Shown here piece by piece: positions 1 to 8,422 of a stretch of DNA of 34,693 bases. The notes below the pieces were generated by a model. That model saw only the letters and a program-made list of their open reading frames with translations. It searched no databases and was not told the DNA's origin. The stretch is from positions 1-34,693 of the IMG/VR virus record IMGVR_UViG_3300045285_000127; one strand, written 5' to 3'. The DNA comes from a virus (Duplodnaviria; Caudoviricetes). Both the position numbers and the translations under genes were made by a program. Positions within the stretch are counted from its first letter, which is position 1; each line of letters begins with the position of its first letter.

Positions 1-459
1 GATATCATCATCACCAAAAGGATCGTTTTCAGACCTATTAATATAATCCTCTATTTTATTCTTATTAGGATACTTAGATCCAGGCAATTTACCATTTAAT
101 TTATCATCTGGTATTAATCCGCCTTCTTCCATATTAATCTTTACTCGAACTCTCTTACCAAGCACAGCATCTGAGCAAAACTTTTGTGCCTCGTATTCTT
201 GCAAAAGTCCAGCAGAAGTAGCGCAATGTATTACCTTCCACATCATAGTTTTTGTGAATACTAAAAAGTCTCTAACATCATGCTCTTTACCGTTTTCATC
301 ATATACTGTTATAGTCATATCCATCATAGGGTTTCCGCTACTCTGGGAAATCTTATCACTTGATGAGCTTATGATTGCATCATATTCACCTTCTTTTAGT
401 AATTGGAAACGCTCGTTCATTGCTTCTTGTTCTGAATAAACTTGGTATGAAAATCCCAT
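1..459 (-). CDS. DUF669-like / phage SSB-like protein, runs off the left edge
   Basis: Absent from the ORF track. ATG at 459 gives MGFSYQVYSEQEAMNERFQLLKEGEYDAII...SGNPMMDMTITVYD..., open to position 1 with an acidic tail (ENDPFGDDDI). Directly downstream of the Sak4-like ATPase. Confidence 0.75.
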   Translation of the reverse strand, partial: MGFSYQVYSEQEAMNERFQLLKEGEYDAIISSSSDKISQSSGNPMMDMTITVYDENGKEHDVRDFLVFTKTMMWKVIHCATSAGLLQEYEAQKFCSDAVLGKRVRVKINMEEGGLIPDDKLNGKLPGSKYPNKNKIEDYINRSENDPFGDDDI

Positions 460-463
460 TTAA

Positions 464-1309
464 TTAATCTCCTTTTATTTTATTTTGCAAATGATCGATA
501 CATTTTTGGATGGCATCTTTAGGCATTTCTTCCCATCGCTCCGAACTGGCCTTATCAAGCCATTTTTGAAACACTTCTTCAGGAACTTTGATTAAATCAA
601 TCAGTCTTAAAATCTCTTTAATCTGAATATCGTCCGCTAATTCTTGAGCCACTGCATCACGTTCAAGTACATCACGTCCATATCTCTTAGCAATTTCATC
701 ATAAGAGAATGGGAAGGTTTCTGTGTCTGGAAAGGATTCTATTCTTGATTTCTTTACCAGACCAACCCGTTCTTTACCGCGTTTTTGAACTTCAAAACAT
801 AAGTCAAATAAATAATCGAGCTTCTTGTAACAATCAAAAGTCTGCCCAAGCACACTCATGTTTTGACCATACTCATTTTTAGAGTGACTGGTTATAATCA
901 CATTCATGTCGAGCCTAAGCAAGAGACTTAGTAAGTGCTTTATTTGCTTGTTAGCATCAGAATAATGACGCCCAAATTCCGTTCCGTTCTTTAGTGCAGA
1001 CTTATCTAATAAGTCATTATAAAGGGTGGTAAGTGGGTCTATTATAAGAGTTTTATATTCATGTTTTTCGGTTAACAGGGCTTTTACTTCCGTCATTAAC
1101 TCATTAAAGTCTGATGTTTGAAAAACTACTCCTCCAGCTTTTTGCAATATTTTAGTGTACTGATCGTTCTCAGCCCCTTTTTCTGTATCAATCAGATAGG
1201 GCTTAGGAAATTTAATCGCAGCTGTCGTTTTGCCGACTCCGGCAGAACCATAAAACAATGCTTTTAAACGTTTTTGAATAGCTTCAGGTTTTTTTGCACG
1301 CAACGCCAT
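464..1309 (-). CDS. AAA_24 / Sak4-like single-strand annealing ATPase
   Basis: Walker A YGSAGVGKTT, IDTEKG, Walker B LIID, VIITSH; SD AGGAG upstream. Confidence 0.8.
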   Translation of the reverse strand: MALRAKKPEAIQKRLKALFYGSAGVGKTTAAIKFPKPYLIDTEKGAENDQYTKILQKAGGVVFQTSDFNELMTEVKALLTEKHEYKTLIIDPLTTLYNDLLDKSALKNGTEFGRHYSDANKQIKHLLSLLLRLDMNVIITSHSKNEYGQNMSVLGQTFDCYKKLDYLFDLCFEVQKRGKERVGLVKKSRIESFPDTETFPFSYDEIAKRYGRDVLERDAVAQELADDIQIKEILRLIDLIKVPEEVFQKWLDKASSERWEEMPKDAIQKCIDHLQNKIKGD

Positions 1310-1397
1310 TTTTACAACTCCTACTTTAGTTTAATTATGACCATTTAAGATCTTCAGATTTATTCCCGATGCGCACATCTCTATACGCATGAGGAAT

Positions 1398-1616
1398 CTA
1401 TCTGCTATCCCTATAACAATCATGGTGGCAATACCAAAACCCACAATCAAGCTCTATAGAGTTCTCTTCAAGCTCAATATAGGTACAAGCATCCTCTTTA
1501 ACGATTTGGTTGCTATCTCGACCGCAACCAACGCACTCTTTAATATAAAACTCCTCTTCATTTGCCTTTCCAAAAGTTAATCTATCTACTGATGTAACAA
1601 AATCTTGCATTATCAT
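1398..1616 (-). CDS. Small Cys-rich hypothetical protein
   Basis: CxxC and CxxxC motifs; SD GAGGA; part of the leftward early operon. Confidence 0.6.
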   Translation of the reverse strand: MIMQDFVTSVDRLTFGKANEEEFYIKECVGCGRDSNQIVKEDACTYIELEENSIELDCGFWYCHHDCYRDSR

Positions 1617-1632
1617 TTTTTTAATCCTCTTG

Positions 1633-2115
1633 TTAGAATCTACTCCAAACTACGTCACCATGGTCCATATCAATATGCGCATAAATACCATTTTCATTGT
1701 TGATACTTTGTTCATAGGATAAACAGGCGCGGTCAAGTAAGTCCTGCAAAGAATGTTCGTAGTATTTGATGATGTTTATTCTTGTGGTTTCCGCAAATTT
1801 CTCGCGTGTTTCATGGGAGTTATCTTGCAGCATTGAAAGTAGGGCGCAGATGTAATTGTTATCTATTGAGAAGTCACCACCATGCACACACTCACCTGTA
1901 TCGCGTCCAGTGTATTCTAGATAAAGTCTTGTAAGTTCGTTTAGTTCATCTTCGGGTAAATCTGAAAGCAATAGCTGATAGCCGTCATTCTCATAAATTG
2001 CGTATTGAGCAACTAAATATTCCGCGTGGTTCTCAACCATTCTTAAGTGATTCATTTTTGACAGTCCTTTGCCAGCATGAGTTCCTAGTATATCGTACTT
2101 TCTTGTTGAGTTCAT
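1633..2115 (-). CDS. Hypothetical early protein
   Basis: 160-aa ORF with SD GAGGT, first gene after a consensus promoter. Confidence 0.7.
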   Translation of the reverse strand: MNSTRKYDILGTHAGKGLSKMNHLRMVENHAEYLVAQYAIYENDGYQLLLSDLPEDELNELTRLYLEYTGRDTGECVHGGDFSIDNNYICALLSMLQDNSHETREKFAETTRINIIKYYEHSLQDLLDRACLSYEQSINNENGIYAHIDMDHGDVVWSRF

Positions 2116-2144
2116 TTTTTTACCTCTGTTGTTGTGATGAGATA

Positions 2145-2219
2145 ATTATATAACATTTGTTACATGTGTCAACTGTTATATGTATTATTTATTACATATA
2201 TTTAATAAGTGTTATATGT
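2145..2219 (-). promoter_or_regulatory. Leftward sigma70 promoter overlapped by operator-like repeats
   Basis: - strand TTGACA (2172-2167), 16 bp, TATAAT (2150-2145). TGTTAYATGT at 2158, 2174 and 2210, with an inverted part-copy ATATAACA at 2148. Confidence 0.75.
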
Positions 2220-2252
2220 TACTCTTGCTACATAAAAATGAATGGGCTGAAA

Positions 2253-2459
2253 ATGACAATCGAAGAAGCATTAAAGTATTTCAATAGTGGTTATGACTTA
2301 TGTCTTCAATTAGGGATTGCGCATACCAATATGGTTCGCTGGAAAAAACAAAATTTTATTCCTGTAGCTCAACAGGTTAGAATTAATCAAATATTAGGCA
2401 AGGATATGCCTATTGATGTAAATAAAAAAGCCATGGAAGACCGTCTTAATAAGCTATAA
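2253..2459 (+). CDS. Cro/YdaS-like HTH regulator
   Basis: MTIEEALKYFNSGYDLCLQLGI...VRWKK...IP...Q; divergent from the leftward promoter. Start moved to the internal Met. Confidence 0.7.
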   Translation: MTIEEALKYFNSGYDLCLQLGIAHTNMVRWKKQNFIPVAQQVRINQILGKDMPIDVNKKAMEDRLNKL

Positions 2460-2474
2460 TAAAAAGAGGCCACT

Positions 2475-2753
2475 ATGAATTCTGGTAATCCTACGATGGA
2501 TAAGTTTAGTGAAGAAACTCGATTTGCATTAATGGAACAATCAATTAACCATATGAATCAAAATTTTGATAGTTCTATTAATCACATTAATCAAACGCTT
2601 GAGAGATTTGAAAGGCGTTTTGATAATATTGATAACGAAATAAAAGAAACCAAAAAGGAATTAAAAGGGGAAATCAGAAGTAACTTCTTCTGGACACTTG
2701 GCGTTATAGCTAGCATTCTTGCAGTTGTAGCGAGAGGATTCCACTGGTTTTAA
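2475..2753 (+). CDS. Coiled-coil protein with C-terminal TM helix (XhlA/DUF1640-like)
   Basis: Heptad-rich body, hydrophobic C-terminus ending GFHWF. Confidence 0.65.
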   Translation: MNSGNPTMDKFSEETRFALMEQSINHMNQNFDSSINHINQTLERFERRFDNIDNEIKETKKELKGEIRSNFFWTLGVIASILAVVARGFHWF

Positions 2754-2819
2754 CACAATGAATTCAGGAAATAATAAAAATAACAAGGATTAACATTAAC
2801 TAACAATAAGAGATTTAAA

Positions 2820-3047
2820 ATGATAAGAAAATTAATCCTGGTGAGTTTATTACTTTCAAGTGGCTACGCATTTTCAGATATGTTCAATTCTCAAAATACA
2901 TATCAGCAAGAAATGTTAAAGCAACAACAAGAGCAAACTAGAATAATGCAGATGCAACAACAACAGCAACAAGATGAAATGATGAGACAAAGATATTCTC
3001 ATGATAACAACTTAAAATTGCCTTGTTATAACGGTAACTTCTATTAA
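2820..3047 (+). CDS. Small secreted Gln-rich protein
   Basis: Signal peptide MIRKLILVSLLLSSGYAFS and a Q-rich core. Confidence 0.6.
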   Translation: MIRKLILVSLLLSSGYAFSDMFNSQNTYQQEMLKQQQEQTRIMQMQQQQQQDEMMRQRYSHDNNLKLPCYNGNFY

Positions 3048-3054
3048 AATATAA

Positions 3055-3471
3055 TCATTTTTTCCTTCTAAATAGACTCCATCCTTTTTTTCCATGAGGT
3101 ACATGCTCAAGTAATCTTGTATGGGCATTGAGGGAGTCTAGCAATTTATCTTTTTCGCGATGAAATATTTCAATTTGTGAGCGCAAGAATTCTAATTCTT
3201 TATCTTTGCTTTTGCATAATTCTTTAAGCATAGAGTTTTCAACAGAAAGTCTACTGTTATCTTGCATTATTGATGAGTTAATTGGCTCTTTTTCTTTTTT
3301 CATTGTTTGTGGGAATACTCTATAGAACTCTGATTTCTGAATTATATATTTTTTATCTTTTCGTTCTGCAGACATTTCACCGCGAGTTATTAGGTTAGTT
3401 ATATGCCTTGATGTGCATCCGGCGATATTTGCGGCTTCCATTGTGGTAAGAAAAGAAGCATCATCTAGCAT
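3055..3471 (-). CDS. HTH + coiled-coil DNA-binding protein, candidate single-protein partition factor
   Basis: N-terminal MerR/Xis-like HTH (TTMEAANIAGCTSRHITNLITRG), central coiled coil, basic amphipathic tail KKGWSLFRRKK. Confidence 0.6.
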   Translation of the reverse strand: MLDDASFLTTMEAANIAGCTSRHITNLITRGEMSAERKDKKYIIQKSEFYRVFPQTMKKEKEPINSSIMQDNSRLSVENSMLKELCKSKDKELEFLRSQIEIFHREKDKLLDSLNAHTRLLEHVPHGKKGWSLFRRKK

Positions 3472-3497
3472 ATTTTATCCTTTTTAAATAATTTAAC

Positions 3498-3623
3498 CAG
3501 AATTATTAGGAATGATTAGGAATAAAAATGGATTAGTAAGAATCAACCCTGGGAACAAAAATGATCAAAATATTTGCTATTCTTCTAAACATTCCGATAA
3601 AAAAATATTTATTCCTCATTCCT
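3498..3623. repeat. Phased RGAAT / ATTCY repeat array
   Basis: CAGAAT 3498, AGGAAT 3508 and 3518, AAGAAT 3538 (10-bp phase); inverted copies at 3579, 3592, 3611 and 3618. Confidence 0.55.
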
Positions 3624-3649
3624 TGATGATTTACGGTATATAAATTATA

Positions 3650-3701
3650 TTAATGAGCTTAATTAATAAGCTTAATTAATAACATTAATTAATTATTTAT
3701 T
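3650..3701. repeat. Tandem AT-rich 13-mers (TTAA-N5-TTAA)
   Basis: TTAATGAGCTTAA, TTAATAAGCTTAA, TTAATAACATTAA, then a degenerate fourth copy. Confidence 0.65.
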
Positions 3702-3730
3702 ATTTTTTTACAAAAAACAAGGTAAAGATC

Positions 3731-3916
3731 ATGTTGCTTGCAGAACTATACGCATATTTTGGGTCATGGGCGAGCTTAAGTCGGAATTTAGGCTTTGGTA
3801 GTACCACTTATCAGTATTGGAGAAGAATAGGGTACATTCCTTATCCAACTCAAGTACTTATTGAGAAAAAGACGGATAGAATGTTTCTCGCTGATAGAGA
3901 TCACGGAAGAAAATAA
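3731..3916 (+). CDS. Second Cro-like HTH regulator
   Basis: YFGSWASLSRNLG...YQYWRRIGYIP..TQ..IEK.T pattern. Confidence 0.7.
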   Translation: MLLAELYAYFGSWASLSRNLGFGSTTYQYWRRIGYIPYPTQVLIEKKTDRMFLADRDHGRK

Positions 3917-4109
3917 TACCGATATATTCTTGTTCCTGATATTTAAGAATGACTAAGAAAACATTCCTATGCATTCTTCAATTGGTGTGTTTTAAATATT
4001 TAAGAATTATTCTTTATTGGAATTCTTGATCAAAACACGTTTAAGGGGATATAGTAGCGGTTGTAAATTGAATGTTTTTTATTGAAGAGAAGGCCAGATA
4101 AGAAGTTAG

Positions 4110-4280
4110 AGGCATCCTTGCCCCTCTATTTAACAAAACATTTTCCCGCGTTGAATGATCTCGCCGACCAAAGCTTTCATTCACGCTTTTCAAACCAAGT
4201 GGACAAAAGTCATTGGTCTTTAGGCTTTGTTCAAGGATGTGCATGCATTCGCTGCATACAGGCATTTATGCACACATCCT
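4110..4280 (+). ncRNA. Candidate structured RNA upstream of the replication initiator (strand uncertain)
   Basis: Hairpins at 4148-4186, 4201-4232 and 4234-4280; loops GACCAA and TTGGTC are complementary. Confidence 0.4.
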
Positions 4281-4414
4281 ACCTACACCATAAGGAACTC
4301 GAATGATCGATGCTTTAGCACTTTTCAAAGAGCTTTTATGTTTGTCAATACACGAAGTAACCCTCGAACCACACAAAACTTTATTCAGGAGTAACTCATG
4401 TATCAAGCAATGAT

Positions 4415-4442
4415 ATTATACAACAGATGTGCGCCATATCAA
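4415..4442 (-). promoter_or_regulatory. Antisense sigma70 promoter upstream of the initiator
   Basis: - strand TTGATA (4442-4437), 16 bp, TATAAT (4420-4415). Confidence 0.5.
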
Positions 4443-4542
4443 ACTATAGCTAGTCTTTTTTTACATTACAACCCATATAGGCGAAAAACCTTATCCGGAT
4501 TTATTTCACCATTTAGTGAAATGAATATCTATGGAGGCCTAA

Positions 4543-5799
4543 ATGGATCACGCATTTAATACATCTGTAGCTGCGGAATACGATGTAAATATAGCATTGC
4601 TTCTCCAACACTTTAAACACTGGACCTTAAATAATCTTGCTAACAAAAAGAACCTACATGAAGGATTATGCTGGTCCTATGACACTGTTCAAGCATTTTG
4701 CGAACAATTCCATTATTGGACTAGGCATCAAATTGAACATTTACTTAAAAAAACCGAATCCCAGGGATTGATTGTTTCGGGGAATTTTAATAAACAAAAA
4801 TACGATAGGACAAAGTGGTATGCATTAACTCCCACAGCATATCGTTTTTATGAAGAGCTCCAGAAAGATGTATTTATAGATAGACTTTATTCTTCCATTA
4901 CTAAAGACTCAAAAATGCATGATTGCTTGATTGCATTGATTTCGGAAAATTCCGAAATGGATTTCGCATGTTTCCGAAATGGATTTCTGAAGATTCCGAA
5001 ACCTATACCAGATACTAAACCAGATACTAAACCAGATACTAAAAAACATATATGTGCATTTGACAATGCACATGATTTTCCAAAGGTTGATATTGTCGAC
5101 TATACTCAAAATGACAAAAATGATTTTGATGCTAAATCTGATTACCAACTTAATCGGTCAAATCAAGAAGAAGATGTAACGCAAGCATATGAAATAAAAC
5201 CCAATAACACTAAGTCTGATTATTGTGATAATCGAGCAAATAAATATTCAAATTGTTCAATTACATATGATATATGTAACGAATCTACTCAGAAAAGACA
5301 CAAATGTATAATTTCAGAAAAACCCACAACTAAAAAATCTAAATCCTACGAAGAAGATGAGCGCTTCATGAGGTTTTATTCCATCTACCCAAAACAGGAG
5401 GATCCACGGGATGCATGGAAAGCATTCAAGCAAATAGTTGGGGACAACGACGATCTTCTGGAAGAGATTATCAAAGACATTGAGTTAAGAAAAAAATTCA
5501 AATGGAATGAGAGACAGTTTATCAAGCATCCTGCTGGTTATCTGAGAAGAGGGGAATACTTAGGGAAGATATATAACCCTCTAGAAGAATTGCGCGAAAA
5601 AAAGGAAAAAGAAGAGTCCTTAGCAAAAGAAAAAATGGAGATGCAAGAAAAAATTTCAAAGGAGAGGGCAGAGAGGGATAGGGTAAACCATATACAAAAA
5701 CAAACTGATTGTGCTGTTTGGAAAGATATTGAAAAAAAATTGCCATCTAAGGCAACAGTAACTGCTTTGTCAGGCATGAAAAAGATTTTACAGCGATAA
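4543..5799 (+). CDS. Phage replication initiator (O-like, N-terminal winged helix)
   Basis: ALLLQHFKHW...W...FHYW...L...GLI..GNFNK..YDRTKWY N-domain and FMRFYSIYPK...AWKAF...HPAGYL C-domain; internal iterons. Confidence 0.8.
   Translation: MDHAFNTSVAAEYDVNIALLLQHFKHWTLNNLANKKNLHEGLCWSYDTVQAFCEQFHYWTRHQIEHLLKKTESQGLIVSGNFNKQKYDRTKWYALTPTAYRFYEELQKDVFIDRLYSSITKDSKMHDCLIALISENSEMDFACFRNGFLKIPKPIPDTKPDTKPDTKKHICAFDNAHDFPKVDIVDYTQNDKNDFDAKSDYQLNRSNQEEDVTQAYEIKPNNTKSDYCDNRANKYSNCSITYDICNESTQKRHKCIISEKPTTKKSKSYEEDERFMRFYSIYPKQEDPRDAWKAFKQIVGDNDDLLEEIIKDIELRKKFKWNERQFIKHPAGYLRRGEYLGKIYNPLEELREKKEKEESLAKEKMEMQEKISKERAERDRVNHIQKQTDCAVWKDIEKKLPSKATVTALSGMKKILQR
4938..5043 (+). repeat. Putative replication origin: three 22-bp iterons plus three 12-mers
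   Basis: GATTTC-N6-TTCCGAAA at 4938, 4960 and 4982; CCAGATACTAAA three times at 5008-5043. Confidence 0.75.
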
Positions 5800-5840
5800 G
5801 TCTTCGAGTAGACTCGCATCTTTTTAAATAAAGGGGGCAT

Positions 5841-6482
5841 ATGAAATATAAAAAAAGATACACATATCCATTACCAGCTAAGGGCAAGAATAGAAGGATC
5901 CAAGATGTTGAGAATATGATAGTTGCGTGTGAAGTTACAGGTAGATGGTTGCAAATTGAACAAAAATCAACCCTATTTGGTCCAGAACGCGAGTTTACAA
6001 CCATCAACATAATGACAGAATCTTGGGAAGATACTGATGTTGAGGGACCAAAGAAACTTTGTAGCTTGATAGTAATTAAGAAAGACCTTATTGCAGCTCT
6101 TAATAAAACAATGCCTGAAGGGTATGTAATGAGTTCTTTTAAAAATTATTTAAAAGTAAATGAAAACGAATTCTATGAATTTTCTGCTGATTTAATCGAT
6201 ATGTTATTTTTTGACATGTTTGGATTATTCCCCACTTCAAGATTATTGTTCAAAAATGATGAAGAAATAAATCAAACTAAAAAAGTCTGGATGGATAAAT
6301 GCGAAGAATATGGATTACTTGATCCAGTTGGTGGACAAAGTATTTTTATAAATGGCCTAGAAGCATTGCCTGATCTTGATATAGAAACGATGCCAAGTTT
6401 TTCACAGTTTCGCAAACTTTGTATTAATAATGCTCCGGAAAATACTAAATGCGATCCGTCGAAGAATGCAAAAGAATTTTAA
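5841..6482 (+). CDS. Lambda P-like helicase loader with an extra N-terminal region
   Basis: C-half IDMLF..MFGLFP...EEINQTKKVW...GL...GL...MPSFSQFRKLC resembles the lambda P family. Confidence 0.55.
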   Translation: MKYKKRYTYPLPAKGKNRRIQDVENMIVACEVTGRWLQIEQKSTLFGPEREFTTINIMTESWEDTDVEGPKKLCSLIVIKKDLIAALNKTMPEGYVMSSFKNYLKVNENEFYEFSADLIDMLFFDMFGLFPTSRLLFKNDEEINQTKKVWMDKCEEYGLLDPVGGQSIFINGLEALPDLDIETMPSFSQFRKLCINNAPENTKCDPSKNAKEF

Positions 6483-6769
6483 GCAAGATAGGATTCAAGC
6501 TTGGAGTTGCACCAAACCTCATTAGCATGCGTCTATTAAGCGATGAGGATAAAAAGGATATGCTGGAAGGTTTGTTGGAGATCGACGAACTGGAGGCATC
6601 TGTGGAGGTTTGGAGACATAATGGGATGCCAGATTATGCGCAGGGATCACTTGAAACATATGAGGCCCAAAAAAATAGGCTTAAATTTGAAGAGTCTTTA
6701 GCAAATCATGTGGATAACCCTCCTAGCTACAGGAAGCCTTTTATAGATTATCGGATGAATGAAGAATGA
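6449..6769 (+). CDS. Hypothetical protein
   Basis: 106-aa ORF overlapping the previous gene in the same operon. Confidence 0.6.
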   Translation: MRSVEECKRILSKIGFKLGVAPNLISMRLLSDEDKKDMLEGLLEIDELEASVEVWRHNGMPDYAQGSLETYEAQKNRLKFEESLANHVDNPPSYRKPFIDYRMNEE

Positions 6770-6832
6770 ATGCCGAAGAAGAATGTGATGAATTGATTGC
6801 TGATATTTTGAATAAAATTTACTTAAGAGAAG

Positions 6833-7222
6833 ATGCCATTGAAGAGCTTGATACCGAGCGAGAGCCAGGAGCAGCGTGCATTAGTAAAATGGTTAAGCTA
6901 CCACCCAACTGTTCGTGATTACTTTTGCAAAATACACAATGAGGGTAAACGTGCGCCAATCCAGGGTTATAACCTAAAGTTAATGGGACTTCGTCCTGGT
7001 GTCAGTGACCTGTTAGTTTATTATCCAAATAAAGTATTTCATGGGCTGTTTTTGGAGATGAAGCGCAATAGAAAATATACGGCATATGAGCGTAGAACAC
7101 CTACTTGGATTGCTCAAGAGCAATTTATGAATAATGTGAAAGATATCGGATATTCGGCGAATTTTTGCTTCGGATGGGAACATGGTAAAGAAATTATTGA
7201 AAATTATCTTAGAGAAACTTAA
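6833..7222 (+). CDS. VRR-NUC domain nuclease
   Basis: ESQEQ...IHNEG...GLRPGVSDL...LFLEMK...Q..F PD-(D/E)xK motifs. Confidence 0.85.
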   Translation: MPLKSLIPSESQEQRALVKWLSYHPTVRDYFCKIHNEGKRAPIQGYNLKLMGLRPGVSDLLVYYPNKVFHGLFLEMKRNRKYTAYERRTPTWIAQEQFMNNVKDIGYSANFCFGWEHGKEIIENYLRET

Positions 7223-7231
7223 GGACATTAT

Positions 7232-7639
7232 ATGCCCCGATTCAGTCAAACATCTTTTACGAAGTTAACGACATGTCACCATGATTTACAGGTACTTTTC
7301 CACGAAGTTATCAAATTTTTCGATTGCAAGGTTTTGGAAGGATATAGAGGCAAAGATGACCAGGATAAAGCCGTAGCCTTTGGTACATCAAAGCTTAACT
7401 GGCCAGATGGTAAACATAATCACATGCCTTCAATGGCTGTTGATGTTGTGCCATATCCAGTCGATTGGCATAACAATAATCGATTTTACTGGTTCGGAGG
7501 ATTTGTCATGGGCATTGCACAAAAGCTTAAAGATGAAGGGCGTATGACTCATTCTGTGCGTTATGGAGGTGATTGGAATGGTGATGGCAATATAGACTAT
7601 GAACGATTTAAAGATTTATGCCATTTTGAGTTAATTTGA
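7232..7639 (+). CDS. Endolysin, M15 L-Ala-D-Glu peptidase
   Basis: EGYR...Q, KHN...AVD, RYGGDW, DLCHFEL zinc-peptidase motifs. Confidence 0.88.
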   Translation: MPRFSQTSFTKLTTCHHDLQVLFHEVIKFFDCKVLEGYRGKDDQDKAVAFGTSKLNWPDGKHNHMPSMAVDVVPYPVDWHNNNRFYWFGGFVMGIAQKLKDEGRMTHSVRYGGDWNGDGNIDYERFKDLCHFELI

Positions 7640-7727
7640 GTATTTTAGATGTATTTTCGACGAATATAGTCGATTTTAGCTGCAAAAAGTTATAGAATAT
7701 TTTTACCTCACTAAAGGACTAGTGACT

Positions 7728-8183
7728 ATGTTTGGACCAAAAAAAGACGTTGGACGTCCCACTAAATTTACCCCTGAAAGGCGTGCAGCAATTGTTGACG
7801 CTATTTCTCATCGTATCCCTTATGAATATGCTGCGGAAGCTAATGGTATCTGTGAAGACACTTTGTATGAATGGTTAAAAATTGCTCGCGAGCATCGAAA
7901 GGAAGGTCTTGTAACTGAGTATACTTTGTTTTCCGAGGCTATAAAAAGAGCAGAAATGACAAGAATTAGAGAGCATTGCGATATGATTGCTGCAAAACCT
8001 GAGCGTTGGCAAGCTGATGCATGGATTCTAGAACGCAGATGGTATAAGCACTTTGGCCCTAATGCTCAGCTTAATGAGCTTAATGAAAAACTTTCAAGAC
8101 TAGTCGATGGAGAACCAAATGAAATCAAAAGAAATGAAGAAGATGGCAAAGAAGGCGGAGAAGGACATGCACAAGAAACATGA
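7728..8183 (+). CDS. terS: Terminase small subunit
   Basis: GRPTKFTPE, HTH (AAEANGICEDTLYEW), WQADAWILERR; upstream of TerL. ATG 7728 preferred over GTG 7722 for SD spacing. Confidence 0.75.
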   Translation: MFGPKKDVGRPTKFTPERRAAIVDAISHRIPYEYAAEANGICEDTLYEWLKIAREHRKEGLVTEYTLFSEAIKRAEMTRIREHCDMIAAKPERWQADAWILERRWYKHFGPNAQLNELNEKLSRLVDGEPNEIKRNEEDGKEGGEGHAQET

Positions 8184-8244
8184 GAAGCATCTGCATGAAA
8201 AGCCTAAGGCTATGAAGATGCCAAAGAAGGATTGTAAATACTAA
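8119..8244 (+). CDS. Small Lys/His-rich peptide (41 aa)
   Basis: Own translation MKSKEMKKMAKKAEKDMHKKHEKHLHEKPKAMKMPKKDCKY; SD GGAG. Confidence 0.5.
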   Translation: MKSKEMKKMAKKAEKDMHKKHEKHLHEKPKAMKMPKKDCKY

Positions 8245-8253
8245 GGAGCAACC

Positions 8254-8421
8254 ATGAGTGCTAAATATGTATCTGAAAAACCTGAACGTAAACTTAATGA
8301 TGAAAGCATTTTCGTTACGAGGGGGAAAACTGTTACGCAGGAAGCTTTTGCGAAATCTGGTGCGTGCCGTAATTTACCTGCTCAGAATAAACAAAATTAT
8401 GGAACGAAGGACTACAAATAA
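8254..8421 (+). CDS. Small hypothetical protein (55 aa)
   Basis: Own translation MSAKYVSEKPERKL...; SD TAAGGAG; abuts the next start. Confidence 0.6.
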   Translation: MSAKYVSEKPERKLNDESIFVTRGKTVTQEAFAKSGACRNLPAQNKQNYGTKDYK

Positions 8422-8422
8422 A

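Noticed and set aside
3650-3701. Protelomerase target (telRL) or CRISPR array
   Set aside because: These are direct 13-mers without spacers, not a long perfect palindrome; no protelomerase or cas gene is present.
4100-4290. Lysine riboswitch (AGAGGC, CGCCGA, kissing loops)
   Set aside because: Motif order and P1 closure do not fit, and the downstream gene is a replication initiator.
8258-8422. N-terminal extension of ORF 8258-8635
   Set aside because: This stretch is better explained by the SD-led ORF 8254-8421; the conserved-looking part begins at 8423.
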